Source of the DNA: Owenia fusiformis
Lineage: Eukaryota
Reading direction: 5' to 3'
DNA length: 64,000 bases
NCBI GenBank assembly: GCA_903813345.2
Contig: CAIIXF020000001.1
Span: 17,236,001-17,300,000, forward strand
The notes under the pieces are model-generated. The model ran no database searches, had not been told where the DNA came from, and worked only from the letters and a program-made list of their open reading frames with translations. How positions within the stretch are numbered: position 1 is the first letter of the stretch; each line of letters starts with the position of its first letter. Below, piece by piece: positions 1 through 14,004 of this stretch. The position numbers and the translations under genes were made by a program.

Positions 1-1950
1 TTGAAAAATATACAGGCTGGGCCAAAAGTGGTAAAAAGGTTTTGATTTCCATTTTTATGCTTCTGAACAGACGTAATGCTAACTCGGGAGAAAAAATTCC
101 AATAGTAGCAAATCCAAGAACAAAACATTTTTTCAAATCACTCATAATTTTGAACTCAACATGATAGCAATTTTGAAAATCAGTGGCTAATTTTACATCT
201 AAAGTTCAAAATCCAAAATTTGTTTTGAATGTCCTAAACAAGGATGCAAGATTGTGTTTTATAACCACTTGGGCAAAGCAAAATTAACTTTTACTTATTC
301 AGATTCAATGAAGGACCATTGACATTTTTATTAGGACAAGACAACCCCAAAAACAAATACATATAATTATGTCAAAATGCTTTTCTTACATTTTGTCTTA
401 TAAGTGAAGTAGCTTCATCACAGTAAAAACAAGTTTTAACATCTGTTTGCTGATTTGAAGAGTATAAAGGTGTGTTTCTCGTATTTGTTAGCTCATATCC
501 TTTGCCCTTCCTTAATCAATCAAATTCAATCTTTACAATTACATGTATTCCCTTTTGTTGAATTCATGAAATCAATTTTCTCAATTCAATTGACCCCCTT
601 GCTAACCATTTATTTCCCCCCTCCGTCTCTGTTTCCCAATTCCCCATTGCTCAATTTCATCAATGTCAAGTATTTCGTAAATAGACTCTCCTCAATTTCA
701 TCATTCCTTATTGTAAATTACACTATTTTATCACTTTCTATAATTAATTTTGTATACACCACATTGCTCAATCGTATCATTCCCCATTCTGATACTCACA
801 GCATCTTTCTGTTTCACCAGAAACATGCATCTCAAGACAGAGAAGAAATGAGATACCATGGTTTATCATGATGATCATTCCCCATTAATACCCCAACCCT
901 TAATTTCATATAATTGCCCATTGCTCCATTAATCCACATTCACTTAATTTAATAGAATTATTAAGCTAAATAATTCATTCAACTCAAATCGCTCTGCTCA
1001 ATCAATTCAACCAATCACACTATTTACTAAAGTAAAACTAATCCTAATAGCTCAAAGTATCTTTATCTCTCCTTCCCCTATTGAAACGGCATTGTATTTC
1101 ACATATGGCTAACCGCAATGAAAATGGCTCATCATTAAACAGTTTTATTAACACTTGCCAAGTTGGCTTGTTTTATATGAGTACAAATGTACTTAGATTT
1201 AACCAGTGGCTACTTACCAGTTCTATATTAATTTTTCTGTTTTAATGAGCATCCTTGTTGAAAGTACCATAATGAGCATTCCACATGTAAGTGTGAAATA
1301 TGTAAGACACATTACTACTTAGCTAACACTTTAAAACACTTCTTTCATGCATGATGATGATGCATGATGCAGGATCATTTCAATTGTTTTTCATTATCTA
1401 ATGATATACTATATTTTATAACGCTAGAATGCCATAAAGACTGAATCTAAAGGTACGAGAATACAGACCAGACCTGTTCATAATTTCTGCCAGTTGCGCA
1501 ATAGCAAGACAACCAAAAGTACAAATAACAAGTTTCTAATTATTGCTCGATGCAAGACAGTATGGGACAAGTAACATCAAAATAAAGAAAATTGACCATC
1601 CTAATCATATAGTACTAATGTATACCATATGTGTCTCAATTTATTGTATATGTATGTAGGTCTATTTCAAAGAAGACCAGAATCAAACTATTTTAAAGGG
1701 TAAAACAGATCTAGGTGAACTGAAGATAACCTGATATTTATTGTTCAGAATTTACAATTAAGAGATCCTGTTTAGTTGAAGGGGCTCACATCTAGGCTTG
1801 GACCTGGACCTGCCTAGTATAAGTACAATATGTACAGTATAACCTATATTTGTGGAACATGCTTGGTACCTCAATATAATCTTCCGCTTGGGAGGTGTTC
1901 CACTTTACATTAAGTTTTAAGTAACAGAACTTTTAGAAGTGGTCCACTTA

Positions 1951-2090
1951 TGCCTGGGTCACATTTGCTCCGATCCATCAGCCGGCACCTGGCCGAGTGA
2001 GTGTTTTGTTCAATATTATATTCAATTCTGAACAAAATAATCAATCGGCCGGGCGCCGTAGTGAAAATCGGAGCAAATGTGACAAAGGCA
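1951..2090. mobile_element. 140-bp palindromic MITE, PIF/Harbinger-like (TTA target duplication)
   Basis: Left TGCCTGGGTCACATTTGCTCCGAT pairs with right ATCGGAGCAAATGTGACAAAGGCA. Inner arms also pair imperfectly. TTA flanks both sides (1948-1950, 2091-2093). Confidence 0.6.
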
Positions 2091-5000
2091 TTATGGAGGT
2101 ATTCCATTTGCAGAGATGTTCCACTTTGCAAGTTTCACTGTACATATATCAGGTCTGTAAAAAGGTCCATCCTTAGTCCAAGGGTATTTAACTTCTTTTT
2201 GAATTGAAAGAGCATTGATGAAACCTTTTGATGAAAAATGAAAAAGTCATATGGAGATGTTTGTTTATGACTATGAAATGAGGCCAGCCAGAATAAAGTC
2301 ATATATAGTCTTATATTAATCTTATCCAAACAACTATAACACCCTCAGGTGATAATAATACCAAAGTCACTGGACTGAGCCCATTTAAGAAAGTTATTAA
2401 ACTTATCCACCCTTAAAAGTTGTCCAACTACAGGTATACCTTCATATGAAATGCCATTATACATGTATATACACTACCAAGAAATGTTTTAAAATTTTGC
2501 GTTGCGTTAACATCCTTGTTAACATAGATACAGAGCATTGTACATGTTAAATTGCCTAGCAACAACAGGAAAATGACTTTAGAACACGGATGTTCTGTTG
2601 TACCATTAAAATGTAATAGGCAATAAATAATGTTTATTTGAAAGCATTTGAACTTTTACAGACTATACTGCTGCAGTAAACATTTGTAATGAAATGTTAT
2701 AGGATGTTATATTATGAGAGGCCATTTATTCAGGCATCAAAACAAATATCCATATTTTTTTAATGATCTTTTCTTTTTGTCATTTAGCTAATTTTCCCCT
2801 CGCCTAGATATGGACCACACTCCCTCCCAGTCATTTTTGGTTTACCTCATATATTTTTAACTCACCATGTCCCTTTTTTGTTTTCAGTCCATTATTGGCC
2901 AGAATGAGTTTTACTTTAGCATCATCTGTGGCAATTGTTTTACTAAAGTGATAAATGACTAAATAATACATTATATGTAACTTTTAACAGATAAGTATAA
3001 TTTTCATCATAATTTTGATCAGACCAATCATTATCTCATGAGTCATACAAAATTCATCAAACTATATAACTGAGCCAGCTAGTGAGGGTTTTCAAAAAAC
3101 CAAGACACCAAGTCTTATCTTTCTTAATTCCCAAGGTTTCCAAATCCCACTAGGAAGAGATGATTAACGCCCAGTTAAGGTTCGACAATTTTGTATGTTA
3201 ATTAATAAAACATAAAGCTGATTTGTTAAATAAAAGAAATATTGCCAAATGTAGGTTGTATAGCCAAAAAATCATTGGGCCTTCAATTTTTTCTTAATTT
3301 CAAATACAGCATGCAAATCTTTCTTTTCAGAACCTATTGAGCATAAAACTATATAAATTATATAGAAAATATACTTAAAGTGATACTTTACAAAGAATTC
3401 ACCTTACTGGGACAAATAAATAAGTATGTCAATCTCACTATTTTATATCTTTTTACTGGCTGCAAAAATGTGAACCCATTTTGAAAGGTTCAATAGCTAA
3501 GTAGGTAGTTTTATAACATACAATTCATATATTTGTTCATTGCTTGATTTAGGCGTTGCCAGTTATAGTTAGGGAGCTATAATATTTACCCTGCACACTG
3601 TGCCACATGTAAACAATCAACATTATTTGCTCCGTAAGCAGATTTAGAATTCCTCAGTGGATATATGCAATATAATTATTGATTGATAATGAATAATTGA
3701 TAAAATCACTCAAAGAAGTTTCAGAAATTACCCTTCAAAGAGGACACATGTTGATTTATAGCCATAAAAAATGATTATCAATCGCAAGTTACTAATATTT
3801 CCATACCATACCACAACTTCGTATGCGAATACCTCCCCTGAATAACCCAACTGACATTCTTCAAATAACAGGCTATTGGAAAGCGTGTTTTTCAAAAATC
3901 TTATTATGTGGGGGTGTTATATATATTAGGATCATATTATAATCAATTACCCAGGATAATATTCAAAGGCTAATAAATATCAAATTTCAAATTTCCTGGA
4001 TTCAGAATATAGATCAGAACTAAAATAGAATAATCCTATATCAAATAACAGGGGAAAATGTCCATCATGATGATAATATATCGAAGCAAACAAACAACTT
4101 AAAGCAAGGAAAATACTTCACTAAAAATCAAAATGCCATTGTTCTGTCAATAAACTACAGTATACTGTTAGACAAAATGAGTTTGAACTCAACCAGAATG
4201 ATCCTACAACAACCAGGAAAATATTGAACTCTGAATGATATTTAATTGCCAGTATCTATGTCTCTCAAACACGTGCTTATAAGTTTGATAGGAAAAAGGT
4301 CCTTTACATTGCAAACCACTGTCTTGTTATAAATTCTGAACAAGAAAAATGTGACCACCAGTTATTGGAAGTTGTAAGAATTTGTTACAGACACTTAACA
4401 CGGAATGCTGACTATCCCGTCATTCACAAAAAACTTCTGGTGGTGCAATAAAAATTAAATATCTACAATATGAGGCAAACTTCTCACAATTTTGATGCTC
4501 AATCAAGTTCTAGTTCAGAATGACTACAGTATCTCTAATAACTTAGAGAGTAAGGTTTTAGAATCATTAGGCACTTTTTCATGTCAGACTGTCATGGGAA
4601 TGCTAGAAGGTTATCAGCCGTACTAACTAAATGTATACAGGTAAGACTTTGATGTGTGGATTTTCAAATATCCTCTGATTTTTGAGACAGGAATATCTAC
4701 TTCAGATGATTGTTGATGTTCGATAGTCAATGAGTCAATTCAGGAAAATCACTACATAACCAAGGAGGCTTGGCTCCCAGGGTTCCAACTCAAAATTCTA
4801 CCATAAATAAAGGTTCTGATTACAAAATTTGAATTCAAACTGCCGCCATTTTGTTCCCTTCAGAATTTGAATCGCAAGTTTTGGTTTTATTTCCAAACAA
4901 AAAATTCTAAAAGATACAAGAAGTGATCAAGATATTGGTTAGAATCTTTTCCTTTTGAACTGGTGATTATGAATTTAAAGTCAGTTATAATATCAGAAAC

Positions 5001-5350
5001 TCAAAACATTTTCATTCTTGGAAAATATTGAGATGCGTCCCTGTGAGCCATCCTCCCTGCTATAGAACTGTGAGAAACACACGGACCCAAGTATTTTACA
5101 GAAGACCGCAACTTACAATGTGTACAGTAAAGTTATGGCAATGCCAATTTCTATGGTTCAAAAGTAACATGGCAACAGAATGCACAGAATACAATTGCAC
5201 GGTTAGATACACACAATCTAAAATATATAAAACTTTTTTCTTTGATTAATATGTGTTTATGTTTTCATCTGAAATTGCTTCGTGGTCCAATGATTGGTTG
5301 TTTGAAAAACAATTCACATGTGGAATTCTATAACCTTGTCACAGTCATTC

Positions 5351-5745
5351 TAGAGTCCATTTCACTGCTTCATTTCGTCAGTAGAACGGCAAAAATAAGA
5401 AATTGGGAGACCATTGTGCAATAATATATGGAAAAGTATATTCATAATGTACATGAATGACATTTGTATATCTTGGATTGCTTCTAGTTTGGCTTATAAA
5501 GTGTGTGGCCTCTTATATTGGGATGCTTCTCTGCCATATTATTTTCAATAAGATTAACATGGCTGAAATTCTTCAAATTACAAGACGGCAAAGGCTTATT
5601 GCACATTAAACTAAAAAATCGGAAATATACAAATGTCATTCATGTATATTATGAATATACTTTTCCATATATTATTGCACAATGGTCTCCCAATTTCTTA
5701 TTTTTGCCATTCTACTGATGAAATGAAGCAGTGAAATGGACTCTA
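5351..5745. mobile_element. MITE with about 120-bp near-perfect terminal inverted repeats
   Basis: 5351-5471 (TAGAGTCCATTTCACTGCTTCATTTC...) is the reverse complement of about 5625-5745 (...GAAATGAAGCAGTGAAATGGACTCTA) with few mismatches. Termini read as TAG..CTA, or as GAG..CTC within a TA duplication. Confidence 0.8.
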
Positions 5746-8700
5746 GGCTCACAAGAGACTCGTTATTCTCTTACCTACATTAGAGGACTATAAAGTTGAT
5801 CGAAGAGAGTAACCTACTTCACAAAGGGAGGCTACAGTGGCCTACAGTCCTAAAAGTTCTTAGTGGTAAAAATTCTATTTCATTTTCAACTTGAAATTCA
5901 AATTCCAATGCTTTGAATGGCTACGAAAATCAAACTTGCAAAATTGAAAAACTTTTGATCGAGCTTTTTTCGAGGATAAAAAGGTATAGTTTCCAAATAC
6001 CTATTCAATAAAGGACAGATGTACCTTTATCAGCGAAACAACATCAATTTTACATGTGAAAGTGTGAGATTTGATACTATTAATCGATGAAATAAAGAGA
6101 GCTTCGTAAAAAGTAACTTTCTTACCTGTTGTTGTGGTTTTCGGAATGAATGTTTACCTGTGATTTGATTGGACGCGAAATACGGCAGCGCATGGGAACG
6201 ATAAACCACCGAATATCTAGCTGAGGAAATGCAGGTAAACAATGCCTCAGTCTAATGCAGACCTAATGCAGTATACACCGATTGTAAATGAATAACAAAC
6301 AATTCTCTACTGTAACAATACTATTTCATGCAATATTATCCCTGAGCTTATAAGATCCTACTACAAAACGATCTGGACAATATTTGTGTTTCTTTGGCCA
6401 AGTCTTGTAAAACAAAAATAAATATAGCCAAAAGTTTAAACCACTTTCGATTTTGTCCTACCCAATATTATCAAAGTGTGTTAGGCCCATCTTAAACCAC
6501 GGACTTCTCTTCGGGTCAGTGGTGAAGCTTTAATTTTGAAGAACTTTTTCTTTTAGTTGTCACACACATACATTGTTTATCAATTATTTACACAAACTCA
6601 TACATCCATAAAGCATATAAAGTCAATCAGTCTTTTCATGAAATATTGTATGAACAATTGAACATTGGTTGACTACAATGGTAAATAAATATTTAAAACA
6701 TGATAAAAACTTATTTTCATTCTAGATAAGTAAGCTTAGAAAGATTAGCAAATTAAGAAAATGTTTGTTCGAGAAATGATGATTTAAAAAATATTTTGCC
6801 ACCTGAGAGGCATCTCAACGTGTCCTCGTGACCTAATCACAACTTTTTGAAAATACTTTTCTCATCTATTTTCTAAAATGGAGGAAAATTCAAATATTTG
6901 AAAATTATAAGATGAACAACTTTTTTTCGAAAGTCTCATTTTGGTTCTATAAGTCATAAACGGTAATAGGCTTATTTGAAATTAAAAAGTTTATAACTTT
7001 TAAACCTTTGCACAGGGCCTTTGGTGAACCTAACATGTACTTAGTCACTATGGATCATGACAACATTACATGACTGTAGGATGACATATCAGATTTGAAA
7101 AACGTACTTAGGTCAGAAAGTAATACAGTTATGCAGTTACCACGGTAACGACGTGACGAGCGTTGAAACACCTATTGCACATAAATATAGATGAGATGAA
7201 AACTACATACACATCTTTCCATCGGTACTAAGTTTGTATATCATCTTCAAGTTAAGATCGTAATAGGCTATATCATATTTACACAACTGACCCCTGCACT
7301 GGATGATAACTTCACGCCCCCCCCCTTTATCCACACCCAACGCATTTTCCCAAATCTGATGGCAGCTCACTAACAATATATCAATCTCACACCAATTGAT
7401 TAAAACCTTAAACATAGGAGTTACTATGGTAATTCATTTGAAATTATCATTTTATATTTCAACTAGTGAAAAGCATAACCCAGAAATATTGGTAAATACG
7501 GTATCGATAAAAAGATGGCAATGTGTCGCACTTTCTCAAGTAATACAAGTCATTTAAACAGCAATGCCATCTTTCTTTCCGTACAAAACTTTTTATTGAT
7601 CCAACATCGAACTTGATACAGGAACATCGGTTCCCCATTCATTACCAACTATATGGACGTCAATAAGCAAACCCCCTTGCCATCTTTCCCCAATGAGGAC
7701 ACTTTTCAAAAAATCCATGGGAAGGGGAGTTCACTTTTGACAACTTTGGTCCAAAATCACTTGAAAAGTGCTCAGAACGGTGAAAACGAACTGGATTTTG
7801 AAAGAATCCCCGGGAAAGAATCGTTATCCTTTTGAACTAGTCTAATGTTTTTTTGTCGAATAATCCATAGAAATGAATCTGCAGAAGACACTATATGATC
7901 AACAGTGTTAAATGCAAAAGTTAAAATAAGGAATAATTACCGAAAAAGTTGATTATACCACTGTACATTCGATCTCATGCTAGATACCGTATATACTGTC
8001 TTATTATAATCCATATTATTAGTCCCATTGGCCAAAATAGACTGGGTATAGGAGGCACGATTCAGTATAATAAATAAAGAATATCATCAGATCATTTTGA
8101 ATGATAGGGCTAAGAACCTACCTGTGGTACGTATGTAAAATATATTTGCTGAGCAAAAATCATTTAGAAAATAATTATCCAATAACCCAAACAATATTTT
8201 GACGCACAAAGGAACAATGTTTAACCCCCTCTCCAGCTATCACAATCCGAAATCATAGTCTAGCTACAAGCCCCACTACATACCTTGCCCGTTGGGTTGA
8301 TGAAGTAAATAGGGGGAGGGAAGGGGGGGGGGCGGTCCACAGTCTTGAGGCAAGAGACTACCGATTATTTTTTGTTATTGACAGAAAATAAAACTATGAA
8401 ACTAGCGGACAAAGACGCAAGCCATACCAGAATGGAAAGTTATGAGATGTTTGAGATGAACTGCTAGTTGACACCCTACCTTAGGGACACGTTCGTGATT
8501 ATACCTATTCTGTCAGGCAAATTAATTTATATTCGTTATTGTAACATCACATGGGATATCAATCTAAGGGCTCTTGTTATGCAATATTCTGGAATAATTA
8601 TCCATTTCTGAATTAGTTCTTTTACATCCCAAAAGCGTCTCTTTTATCTGATAACAAAGCTAGTAATTAGCGTCAACTTGCTTGAGTAAATTATTTATAT

Positions 8701-10479
8701 GCGGAGATCTGTTTCTTAGATGATATTATCTATTTCAATCGGAAGACGACATGAGTCGTAACAATTCAATTCAACATGAACCAAAACGATCGTTGACCTC
8801 TGACAGGTCAAACGTATTTAATGTGTACAACGTAGTTTTCATAACATTAATGGACAAGGGAGAGGGGGGATGACCCCCCTCTGGCATTTCAAAAGTTGAA
8901 GAGGTACAGTAAAAAGTGTACCATATTGTAGGTCATTCAAAACTCTCGAGGGGGTGTATTAAAATCTCAAAAAGTAGGTCGAATGGGGTCAAAAGTAGGT
9001 CAAGGTAACATAGGGGTGAGCTTTTTCGCGTGTTTTTTACTTTTTTCAGTCAAAAACAACATTATAATGCTCTAAAACCCAAAAAGGTATTAAATGTGAT
9101 AGATGTACATAGTTTCTACTTTTTTAAGACAAAAACCGTGGGTAAATACCTTTCCTAGATCCAGAGATAGGTAGTTTGGTCGAAAATTTGACGAAATGAA
9201 ATATCAAAAAATGGGGAATGGGAGACAAATCATAGCTCAAGACCTAAGATACTAAATAGATAAGATATTTTTAAAAGTAACCTCCCTGGACATACCCCTG
9301 GCTATAATATAGCATGTTACATATAATCACATGTTTGACTCCATATATTTACTGATTTGTGAAAAATATTTTGAAATAAATAACACACAACTAAAACACC
9401 AAATACAATTTACACTCACCCACTTGTTTTTTACCTACATGTACTTCAAATAATTGTGTAATATTTTGATAAATATATACTTTCAAGTTTGTAAATTATA
9501 TGCATATTAAGTTGGAAAAATGACTAAAAATAGCTGCGAAACATAACTTGAAATCTTGGGGTAGGGGAGACAAAAAAATTGTACAAAACAAATAAAGACA
9601 TGGTTATATGATTTTGCAAACATCTGACAAACATGTTCAAGACCTTCCAGAAAAAATGTCATGGATATATGATCACTGGTTTTTGAAAGAAACAATTTTT
9701 TACTCAAATTATTTGGATCGAAACGCGAGTCGCGGACCACAATATAATATTGAAAACTTCGTCTCTCAGTTAACAAAAGTCAGATTACCTTGTAATATGG
9801 CTTTTTTGAAAGGGTATTTGATAAACTATATGGTCTATATTAAAAAGAAAGTAAAAAGAACCAGATTATATTTCTATTCTATGAAACCATAGAGATGGTC
9901 TGATTTTCAAGCAATTTCTGAAAAAAATCCCAAGTTCCCACCATCCTAACTCAGCCAAATTACCCCCTATCACCTCGGTGTTTGCACAAAAATGATCTTT
10001 TTTCTGTACCTATAGGTACTACGGCTATATTGGCAGAGAAGAACTGGGAGAAAATCCAGAAGGGGGGGGGGGGGGGGTCGGTAGCGGTGGAAGATATCGT
10101 TGAACTGTGGTCCCCACGAATGATATATGAATAAATTATCATACAGCTCCAGAGTTCCCATGTCATATAAGCCAGATTTGGTTCAAATATCAAAGCATAA
10201 CATCAACTATAAGATGGTTTAATTCGATAAAAATATCGAAATCGACACTTTCTAAAAAGCTCTCTTTTAAGAAGTGAAGTCGAACGAATGCAAAGGGTAA
10301 TGATGACTGTCAGAAGAACAAGTGGCTGTATGAAGTTTGACAGGTAATCATTGATAACTGAATGATTAATTAAGAATTTTGTGATTTCATTGTTCCACTA
10401 GAGAACCCAAGACTGATCCAATAGGCCTTGGTCACTAACTTACCATGACATAACGACTTGCAATTGATCGTTGCCTAAA

Positions 10480-11034
10480 ATTATAAAATTGGGGGATGAA
10501 GGTAAAGTCCGTGAAATATTTGCATGTTTGCACTTACAAGAGCTAGTCCACTTGGATAATGGATTAACTAATCAAGCGTTCATTTATTCATTTCGAAAAT
10601 AGATACCTTTTTATGATATTTTCTATGCTCCTTCATCAAGACGGTTCAACATTTCTTAATGCATTGCTCTGCCGCACAATACTCCATATACAGGCAAGAA
10701 CTTAAGGAATGTTTTAGTAAGCACAATTTCGAGTTTTCGTTCAATACAATTCTTGGGATAAATGTTGTGCCAAATCCAAATGCAATTGTTCTCTTAAAAG
10801 AGATAGCACAAATTATTTTCAAACAATATAAAGCGCGGTCTAACAGTGACTGTGTTTGAGACACTTGCAGTGCCTGACTCAACCGTACGAGCATTTTGCT
10901 CATTGAATAGTCTAACATGTATATAATTTTGTCATAATTTTGAACTTTTATTTTACATTACTGTACATATAAATTGTATCTCCATTTTATTATGGGCAAT
11001 AAAGATATACAATACAATACAATACAATACAATA
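10480..11034 (+). mobile_element. Decayed 3' end of a LINE (CR1/L2-group-like)
   Basis: Frame reads KTVQHFLMHCSAAQYSIYR (about 10638-10694), resembling the LINE ORF2 C-terminal HFLxxC..Y...R motif. It is followed by a short GAGCA-TTT-TGCTC hairpin, AATAAA (10998-11003) and a (CAATA)n tail to 11034. The 5' boundary is approximate. Confidence 0.55.
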
Positions 11035-11164
11035 GAAATCATGGCCTTCTATTAGATCTTTTCTATTAGTTCCTTTCTAGAAACTATTTATAGTTGACAA
11101 ACAGAAAGGTGTGATGAGTATCAGAATGCTGTTCCTCGCAGCACATCCGACGATGCCAGGAATG

Positions 11165-11338
11165 CCGGTGTGAAAGAAATGATGGTCCCCCGGGGATTAT
11201 GGTCCCCTTTCTTAACGGTCCTTACTGACCCTGATTGCGTATAAGATAATGAGGGAAAGAGTTGTATTGAGGTCACCATATAAATCAATTGAGAGTAGGG
11301 ACCATAATTTGATAGGACCTCCTACCCTTTTACACCGG
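11165..11338. mobile_element. 174-bp MITE with CCGG termini and 5-bp TSD
   Basis: CCGGTGTGAAAG pairs with CTTTTACACCGG, and ATTATGGTCCC pairs with GGGACCATAAT. GAATG flanks both ends (11160-11164, 11339-11343). Confidence 0.65.
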
Positions 11339-13239
11339 GAATGGTAAAACTAAAGGAATTATGAATATAATTACTTCTTATATGTGACTAATGATCAAAC
11401 ATTCATCTCAACATGTTTATGTATTTTCCAAAGAAAAGCACATCCTTTCAGGAGTAAGGTTGAAATCGCGTCTTTATAAATGACCACATATAAATTACAC
11501 TCAAAAAGACATGTCAGCTGTAAAACAGGCAGCGCGATAGCATATATATCTAAATAAATCATTTAAAAATCATTTGGGTTAGATGCATTTTTATTGTTAA
11601 TTGAAGGTATATTGGAAGTTCCACCAAACACCTGGGGCAGATCAGCAAGATATTGGCATTCTTGACCAGTGGCTGGGAAATTATGCAATTTCATAGAACG
11701 GAACAATAAGTTCACGTTCATTGGTTCTTGCTCAATACTTCGTATTTCCCTTGCTTTGATCCGGTTATGGCTTCAGTCTAAATACCCTCATCAATAGAGC
11801 TTATGAATTTCAATGTATTTACAAAAGAATAATGGAAAGGAAAGATTTTGTAATGTTTGTATATATAGCCCCATGGCTTTGGGATAAGACGCCTTTCATT
11901 AACAAGAATTGATCAGTTGCAGAATTGCTTTGCCCTTTGTTCTTCTTTTATCACAACTTTTTGGTTATTATTGGGCAGTTTTTCATTGCATTAATTTCAT
12001 AGATTTTTTTGTAAAGATGCAAACCGTATTAATCATTTAATGTTCTTTTTAAATAAATTATGGTATCGTTTTCTGCTACATCAGTTTTACTCCTGTAAAG
12101 GCCTACCTAACATATTATAAATATATAATTAAGTTAATCCTTACATCAAAGACTTAATCTCAAAAACTACATCTATAACGAATGAATTGCCGATTTACAT
12201 GTTATAAATACAGATTATAATGATATTCAAAGGATCGGAATGGGAAATAACCATGGGAAAATTTTTACTTTTGGGGGCGGGATCGAGGGGGTTATGGGGT
12301 ACAAATAATGCTTTGCAGTGAGAGTTGATATCATTGGGGCAGTTGATCATATGAAAGGGTTTGTAAACTACAAGAGGAACTCGTGATATTTTGCTGTTCT
12401 TGTGTCGGGAAGGGTGAAGGGAATAGATGGGCAACCTTGCACTGTATCTACAATAACGAAAGAAAATACATAATTTACATTATTGAATTACACGGGATGA
12501 ATGTTGAATTACATACTAAGTTCAATGGAAAGTTTATTTCTGGTCCGAGTAGTACACTTAGTTTGTCCATTCACGCAACACCATATACAGCTGCTAAAAG
12601 AGACCACTGAATTAAATATTGGGCCTATCAAAATACACGCTGAATATACCGGAAACCTTTCTATGGCATTTCACTTATTTGTAAAAGTGTAACAAAATTC
12701 AGGTTTATTTCATCAAGAACAAAGCAATGCTAAGTTGTTAAATATTAGAATTGATCTGGAAATGAATGGTAAACGTTTAAGTTAGCGGTTCCTTTGTTAT
12801 GATGCTTGTATTGGATGTAACATACCTTACCACGATGCCGTCATCGATAGCACAGTTTTAAATAGCACATGAACGAGTCCCTACCAACTGTCCAAATATA
12901 ACTAAAATAAAATACATTAGTTCTTTCTATACTTTTATAATTTTGAAAACACACATCGATGATATTTACCTATTAATCGTTATAACACCGTCACGGTGAA
13001 TACTTCAATCAATCAAGAATATCACTATCTGAATATTTTGAGCAAAACAATTAGATAAAAAATTCAAGTTACTCCCGCCCCCTAGCATAGATGGTTGGAA
13101 TAATATTCCGTCACCTTGTTTGTCTATTATCTCGGGGTATGTCACCAAACATCCTAATATTGAAAGAGCAAAATTGTTTCTTGAATTGGTCGTTGAGTTC
13201 CATTAGAGATTGATCGGTAAATAGTCATTAGCAAGAATG

Positions 13240-13730
13240 ACCAGTAGCCAATCAAAAGCCGTTTGAATTGTGCCCAATCCTTGGCTCACCTGTCCGGATA
13301 AGCCAGCTAAGCTTTTCAACAGCATCTGATTCGGATCAACTGCGCACGACAACGGATCAGCAGAGCGAACCGCACAAGTTGATATTGGTCATTCAGAAGA
13401 GACATTTAAAGTGTAAACTTTAAACATTATCAACAAACATTAAATGCAAAAACGTACGAACATTTCTTTGGAAAAATAAGTTTAGAGGTTTCATCACGAA
13501 ATTGTTCAATAAAATTATTATAAAAAGTATATTAAAGAGTGCGAAAAATCGAGCAATAGTGGCTTTAGGACTTAAACCAGCGATCAGGGTATTATCTCCC
13601 CGTGACTGACCACCCTCAAGAGGCGCTTTTTACTAGATCTTAAATCTTGTTAGGCGCTTACGGCAAGTTGTAAGCGGTTTTGTATGATCGGCTGGCCAGT
13701 AGAGTTGTTGAACAAGGAAAGGCTCATAAG
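13240..13730 (+). promoter_or_regulatory. Putative promoter and non-coding first exon of the zinc-finger gene
   Basis: CCAAT boxes (AGCCAATCA about 13247, CCCAATC about 13273) and a CACCTG E-box. Candidate donor AAG|GTTAGT at 13730/13731 and candidate acceptor TTGCAG ending 13988, 16 nt before the SNAG ATG. Inferred only. Confidence 0.3.
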
Positions 13731-14004
13731 GTTAGTACTTATCCCTAAAATATTACCTATAATATTAACAATGTCAAAACTTAAATTTCTTTTGGGTAAA
13801 TGGTTCCAGTTTAATGATATGGTTGTTACGTAAAAGTATTCGGAGATTTATGGGATTTGTATTACAGTTATGTATAATAAAACTTGAAACCTCGTTGACA
13901 AGCCGAGAAGGGCGTGAAGAGATTTCGAAAACACAAATACTTCACCGAGTAAATACAAACCTTATGATGATGATTTAAAAAATTGCAGGGAACCAGAATA
14001 AAGG

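Noticed and set aside
13-35. TA-CAGGCTGGGCCAAAAGTGG, a Tc1-like terminus
   Set aside because: No matching inverted partner found in the window, so it is not called as an element.
455-871. 138-aa hydrophobic ORF
   Set aside because: Non-ATG start, arises from a pyrimidine-rich low-complexity tract, and has no motif or splice support.
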